Of a DNA stretch of 64,000 bases, positions 20,262 through 31,584 are shown in pieces. Positions within the stretch are counted from its first letter, which is position 1, and each line of letters opens with the position of its first letter. The stretch is taken from NCBI GenBank assembly GCA_046052125.1, contig JBJOMY010000002.1:1-64000 (forward strand). The letters run 5' to 3'. The notes below the pieces were generated by a model, which worked only from the letters and a program-made list of their open reading frames with translations, did no database searches and was not told the origin of the DNA. A program made the translations under genes and the position numbers. This stretch comes from Cyanobacteriota bacterium. GTDB lineage: Bacteria; Cyanobacteriota; Cyanobacteriia; PCC-6307; Cyanobiaceae.

Positions 20262-20711
20262 ATGGGGCCCGACGACTGGTTGGTGCTGTGCCGCACCGTG
20301 CGCTTCGGCGACACCGATGCTGCGGGTGTGATGCATTTCCACCAGCTGCTGCGCTGGTGTCATGAGGCCTACGAGGAGAGTCTCGAGCGCTTCGGAATTG
20401 CGGCACCAGAGATCTTTCCCGTGCCGGGAAGGTCTCCCGAAACCGCACTACCGATCGTGCACTGCAGCGCCGACTTTCTCCGCCCACTCGTCTGCGGTGA
20501 TCCCCTGGCCATTGCCCTGGAGCCACGCCGCATCGATCCGGGCTGCTTCGAGCTGACCTACCGCTTCAGCAGCAACCTCACCCCTGTCGCCACAGCCCTC
20601 ACACGCCACCTGGCCATCAGCAGCAGCCAGCGCCAACGCCGTGAACTGCCCGAAGCAATCAATCGTTGGCTGGAGGCGTCGTCCCTGAAGGGCGGGATTC
20701 AACCGCTGTAA
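20262..20711 (+). CDS. Hotdog-fold thioesterase, likely DHNA-CoA hydrolase
   Basis: RTVRFGDTDAAGVMHF...CHEAYEESL; located in the men cluster. Confidence 0.85.
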   Translation: MGPDDWLVLCRTVRFGDTDAAGVMHFHQLLRWCHEAYEESLERFGIAAPEIFPVPGRSPETALPIVHCSADFLRPLVCGDPLAIALEPRRIDPGCFELTYRFSSNLTPVATALTRHLAISSSQRQRRELPEAINRWLEASSLKGGIQPL

Positions 20712-21900
20712 GCCAGTTTTGCCAGCGCGAGCGCTGCCATTTGCCCAGGGCGGTGCGCTCCAGCTCAGGGCAGAGCAGCCAACGCCGAGGCCGCTGGCTG
20801 GGGGGCAGGCCTAGGGATAGCTCCTCCAAACGCTGACGCAGCTGTTCAGCCTCAGCCCTACCCACCGCGGCAGGCTTCACCAACGCCACCAGCCGCTCGC
20901 CCCACAGGAGATCCGGCTCCGCCAGAAGCAGCAGCTCCGCCACGGGTAAATCTGCTGCGCGGCTCAGCTGCAGCAAGCGCAGCTCAACGTGGTCTGGAAA
21001 CACGGTTTCGCCACCGCTGCTGATGGCGCCGTCGAGACGGCCTTTCAGCTGCAGCCCGTCTGGAGCCAGCAAGGCGCGGTCGCCACTGGTCCACCAACCC
21101 TGACTCAACGCCAAGGGCTGGAGCTCACCGTGCAGCAGACATCCCTCAGCCAGGCTGGCCGCCTTGATCTGCAGCGCGCCGGTCGCTGGATCCAGGCGCA
21201 ACTGGGCATGGGGCAGGGGCTGGCCGCAGCCCCGCACACCATCGAGAAATTGCTGCGGCGGCAACGCCGCCACCATCGCGGCGGTTTCAGTGCTCCCGTA
21301 GCAAGGCGAGAGGCGCACGCCCAGTTGGCGGCAGTGCTGAGCGACTGAGTCCGGCAACGCTGCACCCCCCACCCAGATCAGCTCGAACGCCGCCAACCAG
21401 CGCTGCCCCACCGGATCCTCCAGGAGCCGCTGCAACTGCGTGGGCACCAACGAGAGCACGGCCGGTGCCGCAGGCCTGGGGAGCCGCGGCGGCTCGCGCA
21501 TCCACTCCGGCTCCAGCCACCGCAGCGCAGCGCCCCAACGCTGCGCCCGCACCAGCGGTAACAGCCCACTGACGTGCTGCAGCGGCAACGGATTGAACAG
21601 CTCAAGCCGTTGCGGATCCAGCCCGAGCTGGCACAACCAGCTGCCGGTGGCATCCGCCGCCACCTGCAGATGCCTGAACGGCTGCAGGCACCAGCGGCGC
21701 GCACCACTGCTGCCTCCGGTGCCCAGCACCACCGCCGCACCCCAGCCGGAATCGCACTGCTGCGGCAGGGCCTGCTCCAGCAGTGCAGCTTCCTCGGGCG
21801 CTGCAATGGCCACAGTGCGCTGCTCACTCCAGGCACGCAGCACCGCTGCCGCCAGGGCAGCGCGATCTCCTTGCGCCACCAGGAGCTGCGGCCTGCTCAC
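20659..21900 (-). CDS. menE: o-succinylbenzoate-CoA ligase
   Basis: GTGGSSG, YGSTETAA, GRLDGAISSGGE and GKWQR AMP-binding motifs. GTG 21900 overlaps the menC stop. Confidence 0.85.
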   Translation of the reverse strand: MSRPQLLVAQGDRAALAAAVLRAWSEQRTVAIAAPEEAALLEQALPQQCDSGWGAAVVLGTGGSSGARRWCLQPFRHLQVAADATGSWLCQLGLDPQRLELFNPLPLQHVSGLLPLVRAQRWGAALRWLEPEWMREPPRLPRPAAPAVLSLVPTQLQRLLEDPVGQRWLAAFELIWVGGAALPDSVAQHCRQLGVRLSPCYGSTETAAMVAALPPQQFLDGVRGCGQPLPHAQLRLDPATGALQIKAASLAEGCLLHGELQPLALSQGWWTSGDRALLAPDGLQLKGRLDGAISSGGETVFPDHVELRLLQLSRAADLPVAELLLLAEPDLLWGERLVALVKPAAVGRAEAEQLRQRLEELSLGLPPSQRPRRWLLCPELERTALGKWQRSRWQNWLTAVESRPSGTTPPAND

Positions 21901-22889
21901 GCCGCGGCCTCCCAGACCCGCTGCGGATCCGCGGAAAACAAATCGCCACCGGGACTCCAACCCGGTGCCAAGCCTGGCGCCGCAGGCGTGGGGCCATCGG
22001 CTTGCAAGGCGGCGAGGTGCTCGAGAAAGCGGTGGCCGATACCCGTTTCAAAAGCGGTGCTGAGCATCTGCCTGGGGGCGGTGCCGGCTTCGAGCTGACG
22101 CAGCAAAGGCCGTGGATCACCCTCCTGAAGCGGGCGACGCACCAACCAACCCGACCAGGCCAAGCGTTGCTGTTCGGATAGGTGCGGGAGGGATTCATCC
22201 AGAGCCACCGGAACCCTGGCCACCAGCGCTTCCAATCCCTGGAGATCGTGGGGCGCCAGCGGCTGCTCCAGCCACTCGAGCCGAGATTCGCTCTCCAAGC
22301 GATCAACCCACTGGCCTGCCGTGAGGCGATCCCAGCCGCCATTGGCATCGAGGCGCAGACGTGATTCCAGAGGCAAACGCTGCAACAGAGCATCGAGCAG
22401 GGCTCGCTCCTGGACATCGCCCACAGCAGCCACCTTCCACTTCAGGGTGAGCGGCTGCGCGGGCTGGATGCAGTCGTGGCTCAGAACCTGCTCCAAAGCA
22501 GGCACAGCAGCCTCGCCAGCTGGCAGCAGCCAAGCAGCGGCCGGTGCCGAACGCCACCCACCCTGGGCCATCGATCCCAGGCCATCGAGCTCCGCCAAGG
22601 CCATGCCGAGGCCGCAGGCGAGCGCAGGCGGCAACTGCGGCAGCTGCAACTCAAGTGCCCCGCGCTCGATGGCAGCCGGAACGGCCGCCATCGCCGCCGC
22701 TAGATCTGTATCTGACCCTGATAACAGCGGCGCAGCTGCCTCGCCCCAACCGCAGTGGCCGTCGGGGGTGGTGAGCCGCAGCAACCAGCCACGACGCTGC
22801 ACCAAGGCACCACGGCTGGTGATCAGGCGGCGCGGCAGGTCAAAGCGATAGGGCCGCCAGCTCAACTGCAGCAGCCCCTGCACACTCAT
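21897..22889 (-). CDS. menC: o-succinylbenzoate synthase
   Basis: Enolase-superfamily motifs KWKV, LRLDANGGW, WLEQP and ALDES. Confidence 0.88.
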   Translation of the reverse strand: MSVQGLLQLSWRPYRFDLPRRLITSRGALVQRRGWLLRLTTPDGHCGWGEAAAPLLSGSDTDLAAAMAAVPAAIERGALELQLPQLPPALACGLGMALAELDGLGSMAQGGWRSAPAAAWLLPAGEAAVPALEQVLSHDCIQPAQPLTLKWKVAAVGDVQERALLDALLQRLPLESRLRLDANGGWDRLTAGQWVDRLESESRLEWLEQPLAPHDLQGLEALVARVPVALDESLPHLSEQQRLAWSGWLVRRPLQEGDPRPLLRQLEAGTAPRQMLSTAFETGIGHRFLEHLAALQADGPTPAAPGLAPGWSPGGDLFSADPQRVWEAAA

Positions 22890-23845
22890 CCCAGCCAGCG
22901 GCCAAGAGCCAGTCCCGCCGCCAAACCCAGTCCGTTCAGGGCCTGAAAGCGCAGGGCCAAAAACTTGCTGCCCACGATGCGCTCCGGCTCACGGTGATGC
23001 TGGCGCAACAGGCGGATAAGAGCCTGGGCTGGCGGCAAACCAATCGCCCCGATCAACGCCGTGAGCGGCCAATGCCCCACCAGCACCGGCGCCCACTCCA
23101 AGGCAAGAGCTGCCGCCACAAACCAAGGAACCAGGGCAGCAGCGGAGCCTGTGCCCAAACGAACCACCGGGGAGCGCTTGCCGTGGGCGGCGTCCTCCTC
23201 CACCTGATGGAAGTGGGAGCAGAACAGCACCAAGGTGGTTGCCAACGCAGGGCCGCTGCCCAATTCCAAAGCAACCCGCCAGGGCAGCGCCGCCTCAGCC
23301 GCCGGGGCCAGGGCCAACAGGGCGGCAGCGGTAGCCAGGGGCCCGAAGGCGATCCAGCAGAGCGGTTCGCCGAGCCCTCGGTAGCCCAATCGCAGCGGCG
23401 GCCCTTGATAGGCGTAACCGATGCCGCAGCAGGCGAGCACTAACCACAAAACGGCTGAGCTACTGCGGAGTCCGACCAGCGCCATCAACAACAAACCGAG
23501 CAGGAGCGCACCGTTGGCAAGCCAAGCGACCCGGTCGCGCCGGCCGGTGAGATTCACCACCGAGTGGGGCTTGCCGTGGGTGTCCACGCCTGTATCGGCA
23601 TCGAACACATCGTTAGCCAGGTTCTCCCAGGCCAAGAGCAGCACCGCCGCTACAAGGAACAGCAGCAGCTGATCCAGGCGCACCTGCAATCCCTGGCCCG
23701 CCCGCCAGCCGGCGGCGAGCAGCACCGGCATCACGGCCACCGAATACATCGGCCATTTGATCGCTGCCTTCCACAGGCGCCGGCGTTGCGCCGAATCGGC
23801 ATGAAGGCTTGCGACGACCTGAGGCTCGGACGCGGGCAGGGGCAA
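22886..23845 (-). CDS. menA: 2-carboxy-1,4-naphthoquinone phytyltransferase
   Basis: AAIKWPMYSVA, NDVFDADTGVD and EDAAHGKRS; UbiA-family hydrophobicity. Confidence 0.92.
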   Translation of the reverse strand: MPLPASEPQVVASLHADSAQRRRLWKAAIKWPMYSVAVMPVLLAAGWRAGQGLQVRLDQLLLFLVAAVLLLAWENLANDVFDADTGVDTHGKPHSVVNLTGRRDRVAWLANGALLLGLLLMALVGLRSSSAVLWLVLACCGIGYAYQGPPLRLGYRGLGEPLCWIAFGPLATAAALLALAPAAEAALPWRVALELGSGPALATTLVLFCSHFHQVEEDAAHGKRSPVVRLGTGSAAALVPWFVAAALALEWAPVLVGHWPLTALIGAIGLPPAQALIRLLRQHHREPERIVGSKFLALRFQALNGLGLAAGLALGRWLG

Positions 23846-23898
23846 CTGGCGGCGCTGGAAGGCCCATACATTTGAGCAGCCGCTTCAGCCCGCTCCGG

Positions 23899-25326
23899 GT
23901 GCAGGCTCCATCCAGCGTCACAACCAGCTTCAGCGATCTGCTGGCGGCAGCGGCCGAAGGCGCGCGCCAGCTGGATGGAGAGGGTGTGCTCAGCCTGGCG
24001 CTGCCGCTGGCCGGCCGCGACCCGATGGCGCTGCTGAGCCAGCTGGAGCAGGGCGAACGCTTCCGTTTCCTTTGGGACAGCGCACCAGGGCTTTGTCTGG
24101 CCGCCAGTGGTCGCTGCAACAGCCTCGAGCTGAGCGGTCCGCGCCGATTTGAACTCGCCCAGCGCTTCAGCGCCGTAAGCCTGGGCCGGCTAGCCGCACC
24201 CCAAAGCTGCCCACCGCTGGCACGGCCGCGGGTGCTGCTGGCCTTCTCCTTCTTTGACAGTCCGCTGCAGGAGGGCGAAGGCGTGCCCGGGGTGCAGGCC
24301 GTGCTGCCCCGCTGGCAGCTGAGCCGCCAGGGCCGCCACTGCTGGCTGCGGCTGCAGCGCACCCTCGGCGGCGAGGTGAGTGCCCGTGCCCTGGCCGAAG
24401 AACTGTGGGAGCAGGCCCAGCGCCTGAGTCAACTGCCGTCCGACCCCTGCGCCGAGCAGGGCGATGCGCCTGGCCCGGCCATCCTCAACAGTCCTGCCTG
24501 GCAGGAGGGCTATCGCTCCGTGGTGCAGCGGGGCCTGGAACTGGTGGAGGGGGGCGAGCTGCGCAAGTTGGTGCTGGCGGTGCGCCAACAGCTCCTGCTG
24601 GCCCAACCACTGGATCCCCTGTTGCTGCTCGCCCAACTGCGTCAGCGCCAACCAGGCAGCTGCCGCTTCCTCTGGCAACAGGGGGATGGCCCGGCCCTGC
24701 TGGGGGCATCGCCTGAGCGATTGCTCACGGTGCGCCAGGGCCAGCTGCGCAGCGACGCCCTAGCGGGCACCTCGCCCGTGGGTCCACAAGCCGAGCAACT
24801 GCTGCACTCCGATAAGGACCGCCGCGAACACGAACTGGTGGTGGAGGCGATCACCGAGGTGCTGCACCAGGCAGGACTGACACCGCGGCGACCTCGCCAC
24901 CCACGCCTGGCCCGCCACGGCCAACTGGTGCACCTGCACACCCCTATCACCGCACCCCTGGCAGACCAGCAGCCCCTGGCCGTCGCCGCAGCCCTGCACC
25001 CCACACCGGCTGTGGCCGGCCTGCCCCGCCGCGAAGCGATGGCCGCGCTGCGCAGCCTCGAGCCGTTCGAGCGCGGTTACTACGCCGCTCCCATCGGCTG
25101 GATCGATAGCGAAGGCGATACAGAGCTGCGGGTGGCGATCCGCAGCGGCTGCCTTCAGGGCCAGAAGCTTGAGCTCACGGCCGGCGCCGGACTGGTGCGG
25201 GGATCAGCGGTGGATCGTGAACTGGCGGAGGTGGCCCTGAAACTGGGGGTGCTGCAGCAGCAGCTCGATCTGCCCGGGATCAACAGCAGCACGGCTCAGA
25301 GCGCCAGCAAACGCTCAATCGTCTGA
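23899..25326 (+). CDS. menF: Isochorismate synthase
   Basis: [31 protein letters not shown] and AGAGLV motifs. Start uncertain (23809-23899). Confidence 0.9.
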   Translation: MQAPSSVTTSFSDLLAAAAEGARQLDGEGVLSLALPLAGRDPMALLSQLEQGERFRFLWDSAPGLCLAASGRCNSLELSGPRRFELAQRFSAVSLGRLAAPQSCPPLARPRVLLAFSFFDSPLQEGEGVPGVQAVLPRWQLSRQGRHCWLRLQRTLGGEVSARALAEELWEQAQRLSQLPSDPCAEQGDAPGPAILNSPAWQEGYRSVVQRGLELVEGGELRKLVLAVRQQLLLAQPLDPLLLLAQLRQRQPGSCRFLWQQGDGPALLGASPERLLTVRQGQLRSDALAGTSPVGPQAEQLLHSDKDRREHELVVEAITEVLHQAGLTPRRPRHPRLARHGQLVHLHTPITAPLADQQPLAVAAALHPTPAVAGLPRREAMAALRSLEPFERGYYAAPIGWIDSEGDTELRVAIRSGCLQGQKLELTAGAGLVRGSAVDRELAEVALKLGVLQQQLDLPGINSSTAQSASKRSIV

Positions 25327-26291
25327 TCGGCAAGGGCGATTCCGCCCAGCCGCTCCACTTCCCGCACGCCGGTGGGGCTGGTCACGTTGATTTCGCTGAG
25401 GCGGCCATCGATCACATCGATGCCCACAAAGAACAACCCCTCCGCCTGCAGGGCCGGTGCCAGCTCTGTGCAGATGCGCCGTTCCTGATCGGTGAGCTCG
25501 GTGGCCTCCGGCTCCCCGCCCACCGCCAGATTGCTGCGGAATTCCCCGGGGGCCGGCTTGCGGTTCACAGCACCGAGGGGCTCTCCGTTCACCAGCAGGA
25601 TCCGCTTGTCACCGGCCGTGACCGCCGGCAGGAAGGCCTGCACCATCACCGGCAAGGTCTGCTGATTGGTCACCAGCTCAAGCAGCGCCTTCAGGCCGGG
25701 AGCTTCAGCGTGGCTGCGCACCACCCCCTGACCCGCACGCCCACCGAGGGGCTTCAGCACCACGTCGCCATGGTCGGCGGCGAAGGCCGCCAATTGCTCA
25801 GCGTTGCTGCTCACCAGGCTGGGGGCCATCAGATGGCTCCAGCGCAGGGCGCCGAGCTTCTCGTTCCAGGCCCTCAGCGAGGCGGGGCGATTCAGCACGC
25901 GCACGCCCTGCCGCTCCGCCAGCTCGAGCAGATGGGTGGAATAGAGGTAAGCCTCATCCACCGGCGGGTCCTTGCGCATCCACACCCGGGGGAATGCGGT
26001 CAACGGCAACCAGCGGGGTGCCTCGGCCTCAAACCAGGGATCCGGAAGATCCCAACCGCTGGCGGTGGGCCTGATCTCCGCTAAGCGGATCGGCTGGGCC
26101 AGCACCATCGGCTCATGGGCCGGATCGCTGCCGCGCACCGCCAACTGAGCCGGCGTGCACACCCACACCTGCTGCCCGGCCCGCTGGGCGGCCTGCATCA
26201 GGGCAACGCTGGAATCTTTGGTGGGGCGAAGCTGCGCGATCGGATCGATCACAAACAGCTGGGCCTCGCGCCCGGCCTCAAGCACCACCAA
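25296..26291 (-). CDS. gshB: Glutathione synthetase
   Basis: [31 protein letters not shown] and EINVTSPTG. Confidence 0.96.
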   Translation of the reverse strand: MVVLEAGREAQLFVIDPIAQLRPTKDSSVALMQAAQRAGQQVWVCTPAQLAVRGSDPAHEPMVLAQPIRLAEIRPTASGWDLPDPWFEAEAPRWLPLTAFPRVWMRKDPPVDEAYLYSTHLLELAERQGVRVLNRPASLRAWNEKLGALRWSHLMAPSLVSSNAEQLAAFAADHGDVVLKPLGGRAGQGVVRSHAEAPGLKALLELVTNQQTLPVMVQAFLPAVTAGDKRILLVNGEPLGAVNRKPAPGEFRSNLAVGGEPEATELTDQERRICTELAPALQAEGLFFVGIDVIDGRLSEINVTSPTGVREVERLGGIALADQTIERLLAL

Positions 26292-26293
26292 GG

Positions 26294-26551
26294 TCAGGCT
26301 CCGAGCAGCGCATCGAGCTGGCCGCTGCGCTCGAGGGCATGCAGGTCATCGCAACCACCCACGTGCTGGCCGTTGATGAAGGTCTGCGGCACGCTGCGGC
26401 GCCCGCCGCTCTTGGCGGCCATCGCCTCGCGGGCGGCTTCATCACCATCGATGGCGTATTCGGTGTAGGCCACGCCCTTGCGATCCAGCAGCGCCTTGGC
26501 CCGAATACAGAACGGACAGGCGCGCCAGGTGTAGATCTCAACGCTTGCCAT
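26294..26551 (-). CDS. grxC: Glutaredoxin 3
   Basis: CPFC, SVPQ and GGCDDL motifs. Confidence 0.95.
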   Translation of the reverse strand: MASVEIYTWRACPFCIRAKALLDRKGVAYTEYAIDGDEAAREAMAAKSGGRRSVPQTFINGQHVGGCDDLHALERSGQLDALLGA

Positions 26552-26643
26552 CAAGGCGCCAACCGCAGCCTGGATCCTAGAAGCGGCGCCCCGCCCTGCT
26601 GCCCACCATTCAGTACGGTCGACCCAACGTTCAACAGCCGCCG

Positions 26644-27772
26644 GTGCTCGACCTCACCGACTTCAAACGCGACCTCTCCGAGCTCACTGACCGCCTGGGC
26701 AATGCCCAGGACTGTCTTTGACGTTCCTGCACTGAAAGCACGCCAGCAGGACCTCGAGCAGCTCGCCTCCCAGCCCGATTTCTGGGACGACCAGAAGCAG
26801 GCTCAGGCCAAGATGCGCCAGCTCGATGAGGTGAAGGCTCAGCTCGAGCAACTCAGCAAGTGGCAGGCCGCAGTGGCAGATGCCGAGGCCACCGTTGAGA
26901 TCTACGGCCTCGAGCCCGATGAGGAGCTGCTGAGCGAATCCAACGAAGCCCTGCAGAAGCTGCGGGCTGATCTGGATCGCTGGGAGCTGGAGCGCCTGCT
27001 CAGCGGCCCCTACGACAAGGAGGGTGCCGTGATCTCGATCAACGCCGGTGCCGGCGGCACCGACGCCCAGGACTGGGCGCTGATGCTGATGCGCATGTAC
27101 ACCCGCTGGGCGGAGGACCACGGCATGAAGGTGACCGTGGACGAACTCAGCGAGGGTGAGGAAGCGGGGATCAAGAGCTGCACGATCGAGATCGAGGGCC
27201 GCTATGCCTACGGCTACCTGCGCAACGAGAAGGGCACGCACCGGCTCGTGCGCATCTCGCCGTTCAACGCCAACGACAAGCGCCAGACCAGCTTCGCCGG
27301 CGTGGAGGTGATGCCGAAGATCGAGGAGGAGGTGAAGCTCGACATCCCCGATAAAGACCTGGAGATCACCACCTCACGCTCCGGCGGCGCTGGCGGCCAG
27401 AACGTGAACAAGGTGGAAACGGCCGTGCGCATCCTGCACATCCCCACCGGCCTGTTCGTGCGCTGCACCCAGGAGCGCTCGCAGCTCCAGAACAAGGAGA
27501 AGGCGATGGCGCTGCTGATGGCCAAGCTGCTGGTGATCGCCCAGGAGCAGCGCGCCGCCGAGATCGCCGACATCCGCGGCGACATCGTGGAAGCGGCCTG
27601 GGGCAACCAGATCCGCAACTACGTGTTCCACCCGTACCAAATGGTGAAAGACCTGCGCACCCAGCACGAAACCACCGACGTGCAGGGCGTGATGGACGGC
27701 GACCTCGACCCCTTCATCCAGAGCCTGCTGCACGCCGGCGTGGAAGTGGCCGGAGGCAGCAGCGATGACTGA
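26644..27772 (+). CDS. prfB: Peptide chain release factor 2, +1 programmed frameshift
   Basis: GTG 26644 opens [29 protein letters not shown]. The +1 frame continues DVPALK... and contains the SPF and GGQ motifs. Confidence 0.96.
26708..26722 (+). promoter_or_regulatory. RF2 autoregulatory frameshift cassette (AGGA...CTT TGA C)
   Basis: CTTTGAC at 26716-26722, with an SD-like AGGA just upstream. Confidence 0.93.
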
Positions 27773-27947
27773 GCCCCAACTGCCTCAGGCCCAGGGGGAA
27801 AACCCCAGCTTCACCAAACTGGCGATGCGCAACATGGTGCGCAAAGGCAAGCTCAGCCTGTTCCACTTCGGACTGACAGCTCTGGGCTTCGTGGGTTTCA
27901 TCGTGCTGGTGGCCTATCTGGGCCGCCCGCAGCTCCCCGGCAGCTGA
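27765..27947 (+). CDS. Small cyanobacterial membrane protein (DUF3285-like)
   Basis: [20 protein letters not shown] plus one TM helix; lies between prfB and ybeY. Confidence 0.8.
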   Translation: MTEPQLPQAQGENPSFTKLAMRNMVRKGKLSLFHFGLTALGFVGFIVLVAYLGRPQLPGS

Positions 27948-27950
27948 GCG

Positions 27951-28523
27951 ATGGATCCCACCGAGCTCAGCCCCACGCAACCCGATCTCGATCTGGCCTT
28001 TGAGGCCGACGACAGCCTGCCGCCCGAGCTGCTGGAGCAGGCCGGCGACCTGGCCGACCCCCTGCAGGGAGCCGAGCAGTGGCATCTGCGCATCAGCGGC
28101 TGGCTGGAGCAGCTGGCCGGGGAACTGCCACCAGAGCTGCAGGCCTCGGCCTACAGCTTGGGGTTAAGCCTGGTGGGCGATGACGAGATCGCTGAACTCA
28201 ACCAGGACTGGCGAGACAAAGCCGGCCCCACCGACGTGCTGGCCTTTGCCGCCCAGGACGAGGGCCTGGAGGATGCACCGCCGATCCCGATGCCTAGCGC
28301 AGCCGAGGAGGCCGAACCACTGGAGCTCGGCGACATCGTGATCTCCCTGGAAACCGCAGCCCGCCAGGCACCGGAGCACGACCACGACCTCCGCCAGGAG
28401 CTGCTGTTTCTGGCCACCCATGGTCTTCTCCACCTTCTGGGTTGGGATCACCCAGACGACCCCAGCCTGGCGGCGATGTTGTTGCGGCAGGAGCAGCTGC
28501 TTTGCGCTTCTCAGCAGCGGTAA
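27951..28523 (+). CDS. ybeY: rRNA maturation endoribonuclease YbeY
   Basis: PTDVLAF, LGDIVIS and HGLLHLLGWDH. Confidence 0.95.
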   Translation: MDPTELSPTQPDLDLAFEADDSLPPELLEQAGDLADPLQGAEQWHLRISGWLEQLAGELPPELQASAYSLGLSLVGDDEIAELNQDWRDKAGPTDVLAFAAQDEGLEDAPPIPMPSAAEEAEPLELGDIVISLETAARQAPEHDHDLRQELLFLATHGLLHLLGWDHPDDPSLAAMLLRQEQLLCASQQR

Positions 28524-28559
28524 GGTGCGGCCAATGAGACCAAGCGGGGGCTTTGGCGG

Positions 28560-29066
28560 ATGCTCGTTCCCCAGGAACCAGGCTCTGAGTTGAGGCCCAC
28601 GCTGCGCGAAGTGCACCACAGCCAGTCCGATACCGGAACCGGGCACGCCTCAGCCCGTGAGTCTCCCGCCAAGGTGCGGCGCCTCGGCGCTTGGACCGTG
28701 GCCGGCGATCTGCCCGCAAGCTTTCGCTACGCCGCCCAGGGGCTGATCTACAGCTTCCGCAGCCAACGCAACTTCCGCATCCATGTGGTGACCGGTGCCG
28801 TGGTGTTCGGCCTGGGGCTCTGGCTGCAGCTGCCTCTGGCGCAGCTGGCGGTGCTGGTGCTCACCGTGGCCGCGGTGCTCGTTCTGGAACTGATCAACAC
28901 GGCCACTGAAGCGGTGGTGGATCTGGCCATCGGCCGCCGGTTTCATCCCCTGGCCCGCATCGCCAAGGACTGCGCCGCCGCGGCAGTGCTCGTTGCCGCC
29001 CTCAGTTCGCTGGTGATCGCCTCACTGCTGCTGCTGCCCGCCCTGCTGGTGCGTCTGGGCGTTTGA
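28560..29066 (+). CDS. dgkA: Diacylglycerol/undecaprenol kinase family protein
   Basis: [28 protein letters not shown] and AKDCAAAAV. Confidence 0.88.
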   Translation: MLVPQEPGSELRPTLREVHHSQSDTGTGHASARESPAKVRRLGAWTVAGDLPASFRYAAQGLIYSFRSQRNFRIHVVTGAVVFGLGLWLQLPLAQLAVLVLTVAAVLVLELINTATEAVVDLAIGRRFHPLARIAKDCAAAAVLVAALSSLVIASLLLLPALLVRLGV

Positions 29067-29089
29067 ATGGGGCCAGGCCAGGCGCGGCG

Positions 29090-29686
29090 ATGCTTCTCGT
29101 TCTCGACAACTACGACAGCTTCACCTTCAACCTGGTGCAATATCTGGGCGAGCTGGCCGCCGATCACCCGATCTGCGACGACCTGCGGGTGGAACGCAAC
29201 GACGCCCTCACCCTGGAGCAGATTCGCGCGCTTGCCCCCGACGCGATCCTGATCTCCCCGGGCCCAGGCGACCCTGATCAGTCCGGCGTGTGCCTCGAGG
29301 TGCTTCGGGAGCTCAGTCCCACCATTCCCACCCTGGGGGTCTGCCTAGGACACCAGTCGATCGCTCAGGTGTATGGCGGCAAGGTGGTGCGGGCCAAAGA
29401 ACTGATGCACGGCAAAACCTCACCGGTGCTGCACGAAGGCGCAGGAGTGTTCGCCGGCCTCCCCAACCCGCTCACGGCCACCCGTTATCACAGCCTGATT
29501 GCCGAGCGCGACTCCCTGCCCGACTGCCTGGAGATCACCGCCTGGCTCGAGGACGGCACGATCATGGGGCTGCGCCACCGCGACTACCCCCATCTGCAGG
29601 GGGTGCAGTTCCACCCGGAAAGCGTGCTCACCCAGAACGGCCACCAGCTGCTGAGCAACTTTCTCGCCCAGGCAGCAGCGGGCTAG
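29090..29686 (+). CDS. trpG: Anthranilate/aminodeoxychorismate synthase component II
   Basis: [28 protein letters not shown] and QFHPES. May serve as the shared TrpG/PabA. Confidence 0.9.
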   Translation: MLLVLDNYDSFTFNLVQYLGELAADHPICDDLRVERNDALTLEQIRALAPDAILISPGPGDPDQSGVCLEVLRELSPTIPTLGVCLGHQSIAQVYGGKVVRAKELMHGKTSPVLHEGAGVFAGLPNPLTATRYHSLIAERDSLPDCLEITAWLEDGTIMGLRHRDYPHLQGVQFHPESVLTQNGHQLLSNFLAQAAAG

Positions 29687-29724
29687 GGTTCGGCCCACGC
29701 AACTTCTGGGCGATCCGCTTCCCC

Positions 29725-30465
29725 ATGGCCCTGCCCACCACCATGGCTCTGTCGATCCGCGCGCTGAGCGCCGCGGCCGTGGTCGCCCTACCCCTTTCGG
29801 TGCTGCCGGCCGTCGCTGAAACCGGCGTCACGATCACCAGCTACGGCCACAGTGCTCTGCTGATCCAGGGGGGCGGCGCCTCGGTGCTGCTCAACCCCTT
29901 CAAGGCTGTGGGCTGCGCCGCCGGTTTGCCCGAGCCCCGCGTGAGCGCGAACGTGATCCTGGCCAGCAGCCGCCTCCTGGATGAGGGTGCTGGGGTGGCC
30001 AGCGGACGTTTTCTGAGCAGCCCGGGGTCGTACCGGGTGGGCGGGCTGAAGATCGAAGGGCTCTCCGCACCGCACGACCGGTTCGGCGGTCGCCGCTTCG
30101 GGCAATCCACCCTCTGGCGCTGGAAGCAGGGCGGACTGGAGTTCGCGCATCTCGGCGGCACCGCCGCACAACTCAGCCCTGAAGATCGGGTGCTCCTGGG
30201 CAAGCCCGACGTGCTGATCATCGGCGTGGGCGGTGGGGCGAAGGTCTACAACGGCGCTGAAGCTGCCGCTGTGGTGCGTGACCTCGCCCCACGGCGGGTG
30301 ATCCCGGTGCAGTACGTGAGTGGCACGGCACCCCAAGGCTGCGACCAGAGCGGCGTCGATCCCTTTTTGCAGGCCATGGGCGGCACGCCTGTGAAACGGG
30401 TGGGTCGGGTGTTGAGCCTCCCCGCCAAGCTCAGCGAAGGCACCCAGATCGAGGTGATGCGCTAA
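29725..30465 (+). CDS. MBL-fold metallo-hydrolase-like protein with signal peptide
   Basis: Signal-like N terminus, ITSYGHSALLI, AHLG, PDVLIIGVGG and IPVQY. The canonical HxHxDH motif is absent. Confidence 0.75.
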   Translation: MALPTTMALSIRALSAAAVVALPLSVLPAVAETGVTITSYGHSALLIQGGGASVLLNPFKAVGCAAGLPEPRVSANVILASSRLLDEGAGVASGRFLSSPGSYRVGGLKIEGLSAPHDRFGGRRFGQSTLWRWKQGGLEFAHLGGTAAQLSPEDRVLLGKPDVLIIGVGGGAKVYNGAEAAAVVRDLAPRRVIPVQYVSGTAPQGCDQSGVDPFLQAMGGTPVKRVGRVLSLPAKLSEGTQIEVMR

Positions 30466-31580
30466 GCGCTGAATTCGATCTCCCGGAACGCCTCCCAGAA
30501 CTGCTGCATCTGGGCTCGGGTGCCGATGCTCACCCGCAAGGAGCCATCGATGAGCGGTTTGCCATGCATGGCGCGCACCAGGATGCCCGCCTGCCGCAGA
30601 GCCGCATCCACCTGGTGGGCATCGCGCTTTGGCCAGATCAGCAGATAGTTGCCGCCCTCCACGTGATGGCGCACCCCGGCTGAGCGCAGCTGCTCCGCCA
30701 GCCAGCTGCGTGCCTCACAAACCTCCTCGACGTAGCCATCCACATAGGCCTGATCGTTGAGGGCGGCGAAGGCGGCCGTCACCGCAAAGCTGTTGATGTC
30801 GTAGGGACCGGTGACCCGGCTGATCCTGTCCACCACAGCGGGATGGCCGATGGCGAAACCAATACGTAAGCCGGCCAGGCCGGCGGTTTTCGCCAGGGAG
30901 CGCAGCACCACCAGGTTGGGGGTGGCGTTGAAATCCGCCAGCGGCAGCACGCTGTCGCCCGTGAACGCTTCGTAGAGCTCATCCACCACCACGAGGGTTT
31001 GGGGTACAGCAGCCGCCAGCTCGACGATCGCGGCAGGGGCCAAGCGGGTGCCCGTGGGGTTGTTGGGATTGCAGATCAGCAGCAGCCGCGGCGGCTGGCC
31101 GGAGGCTGGAGAAAGGAGAGCGCGGCGAATCGCCTCCAATGGAAACGCGAACCCCTCGGCTTCGTAGGGGATGGCCTCGATCACCATGCCCTGCATCTGC
31201 GCGCAGGGGGTGTAATAGCCAAAGGTGGGCGACGTCGTGAGCAACGTCTCCCCGCGGTCGCCATAGGCATGGAAGATGGCGTGAATCGCGGCATCCACAC
31301 CGTTGAACAGCCCCACCTGATCGGGCTGCAACGGCAGGCCCAGGTTGGCCACCACCGCCTCGCGCAGGCCGTCGTATTCGGGGTAGATGGCGATGTGATC
31401 GGCGGGGATGGCGCGCAACGCCTCCACCACCCGGGGGCTGGGGCCGATCGTGTTCTCGTTGAAATCAAGCCGCAGCATCTGGCGCCGCCCCTCCAGCGGT
31501 GCGCTGTAGGCGTGGAGACTCTCCACCTCTGGGCGGGGCAGAGGGAACTGCACTCCGGCGGCGTTGTGGTCCTGCGTCAT
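30462..31580 (-). CDS. hisC: Histidinol-phosphate aminotransferase family (PLP)
   Basis: LDFNEN, NPNNPTG, VDELY and RSLAKTAGLAGLRIG. Confidence 0.85.
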   Translation of the reverse strand: MTQDHNAAGVQFPLPRPEVESLHAYSAPLEGRRQMLRLDFNENTIGPSPRVVEALRAIPADHIAIYPEYDGLREAVVANLGLPLQPDQVGLFNGVDAAIHAIFHAYGDRGETLLTTSPTFGYYTPCAQMQGMVIEAIPYEAEGFAFPLEAIRRALLSPASGQPPRLLLICNPNNPTGTRLAPAAIVELAAAVPQTLVVVDELYEAFTGDSVLPLADFNATPNLVVLRSLAKTAGLAGLRIGFAIGHPAVVDRISRVTGPYDINSFAVTAAFAALNDQAYVDGYVEEVCEARSWLAEQLRSAGVRHHVEGGNYLLIWPKRDAHQVDAALRQAGILVRAMHGKPLIDGSLRVSIGTRAQMQQFWEAFREIEFSA

Positions 31581-31584
31581 CCGA

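Noticed and set aside
22700..22727. AT-richer patch in menC as a third copy of the palindromic motif
   Set aside because: Shares only a tacaga core; no matching stem.
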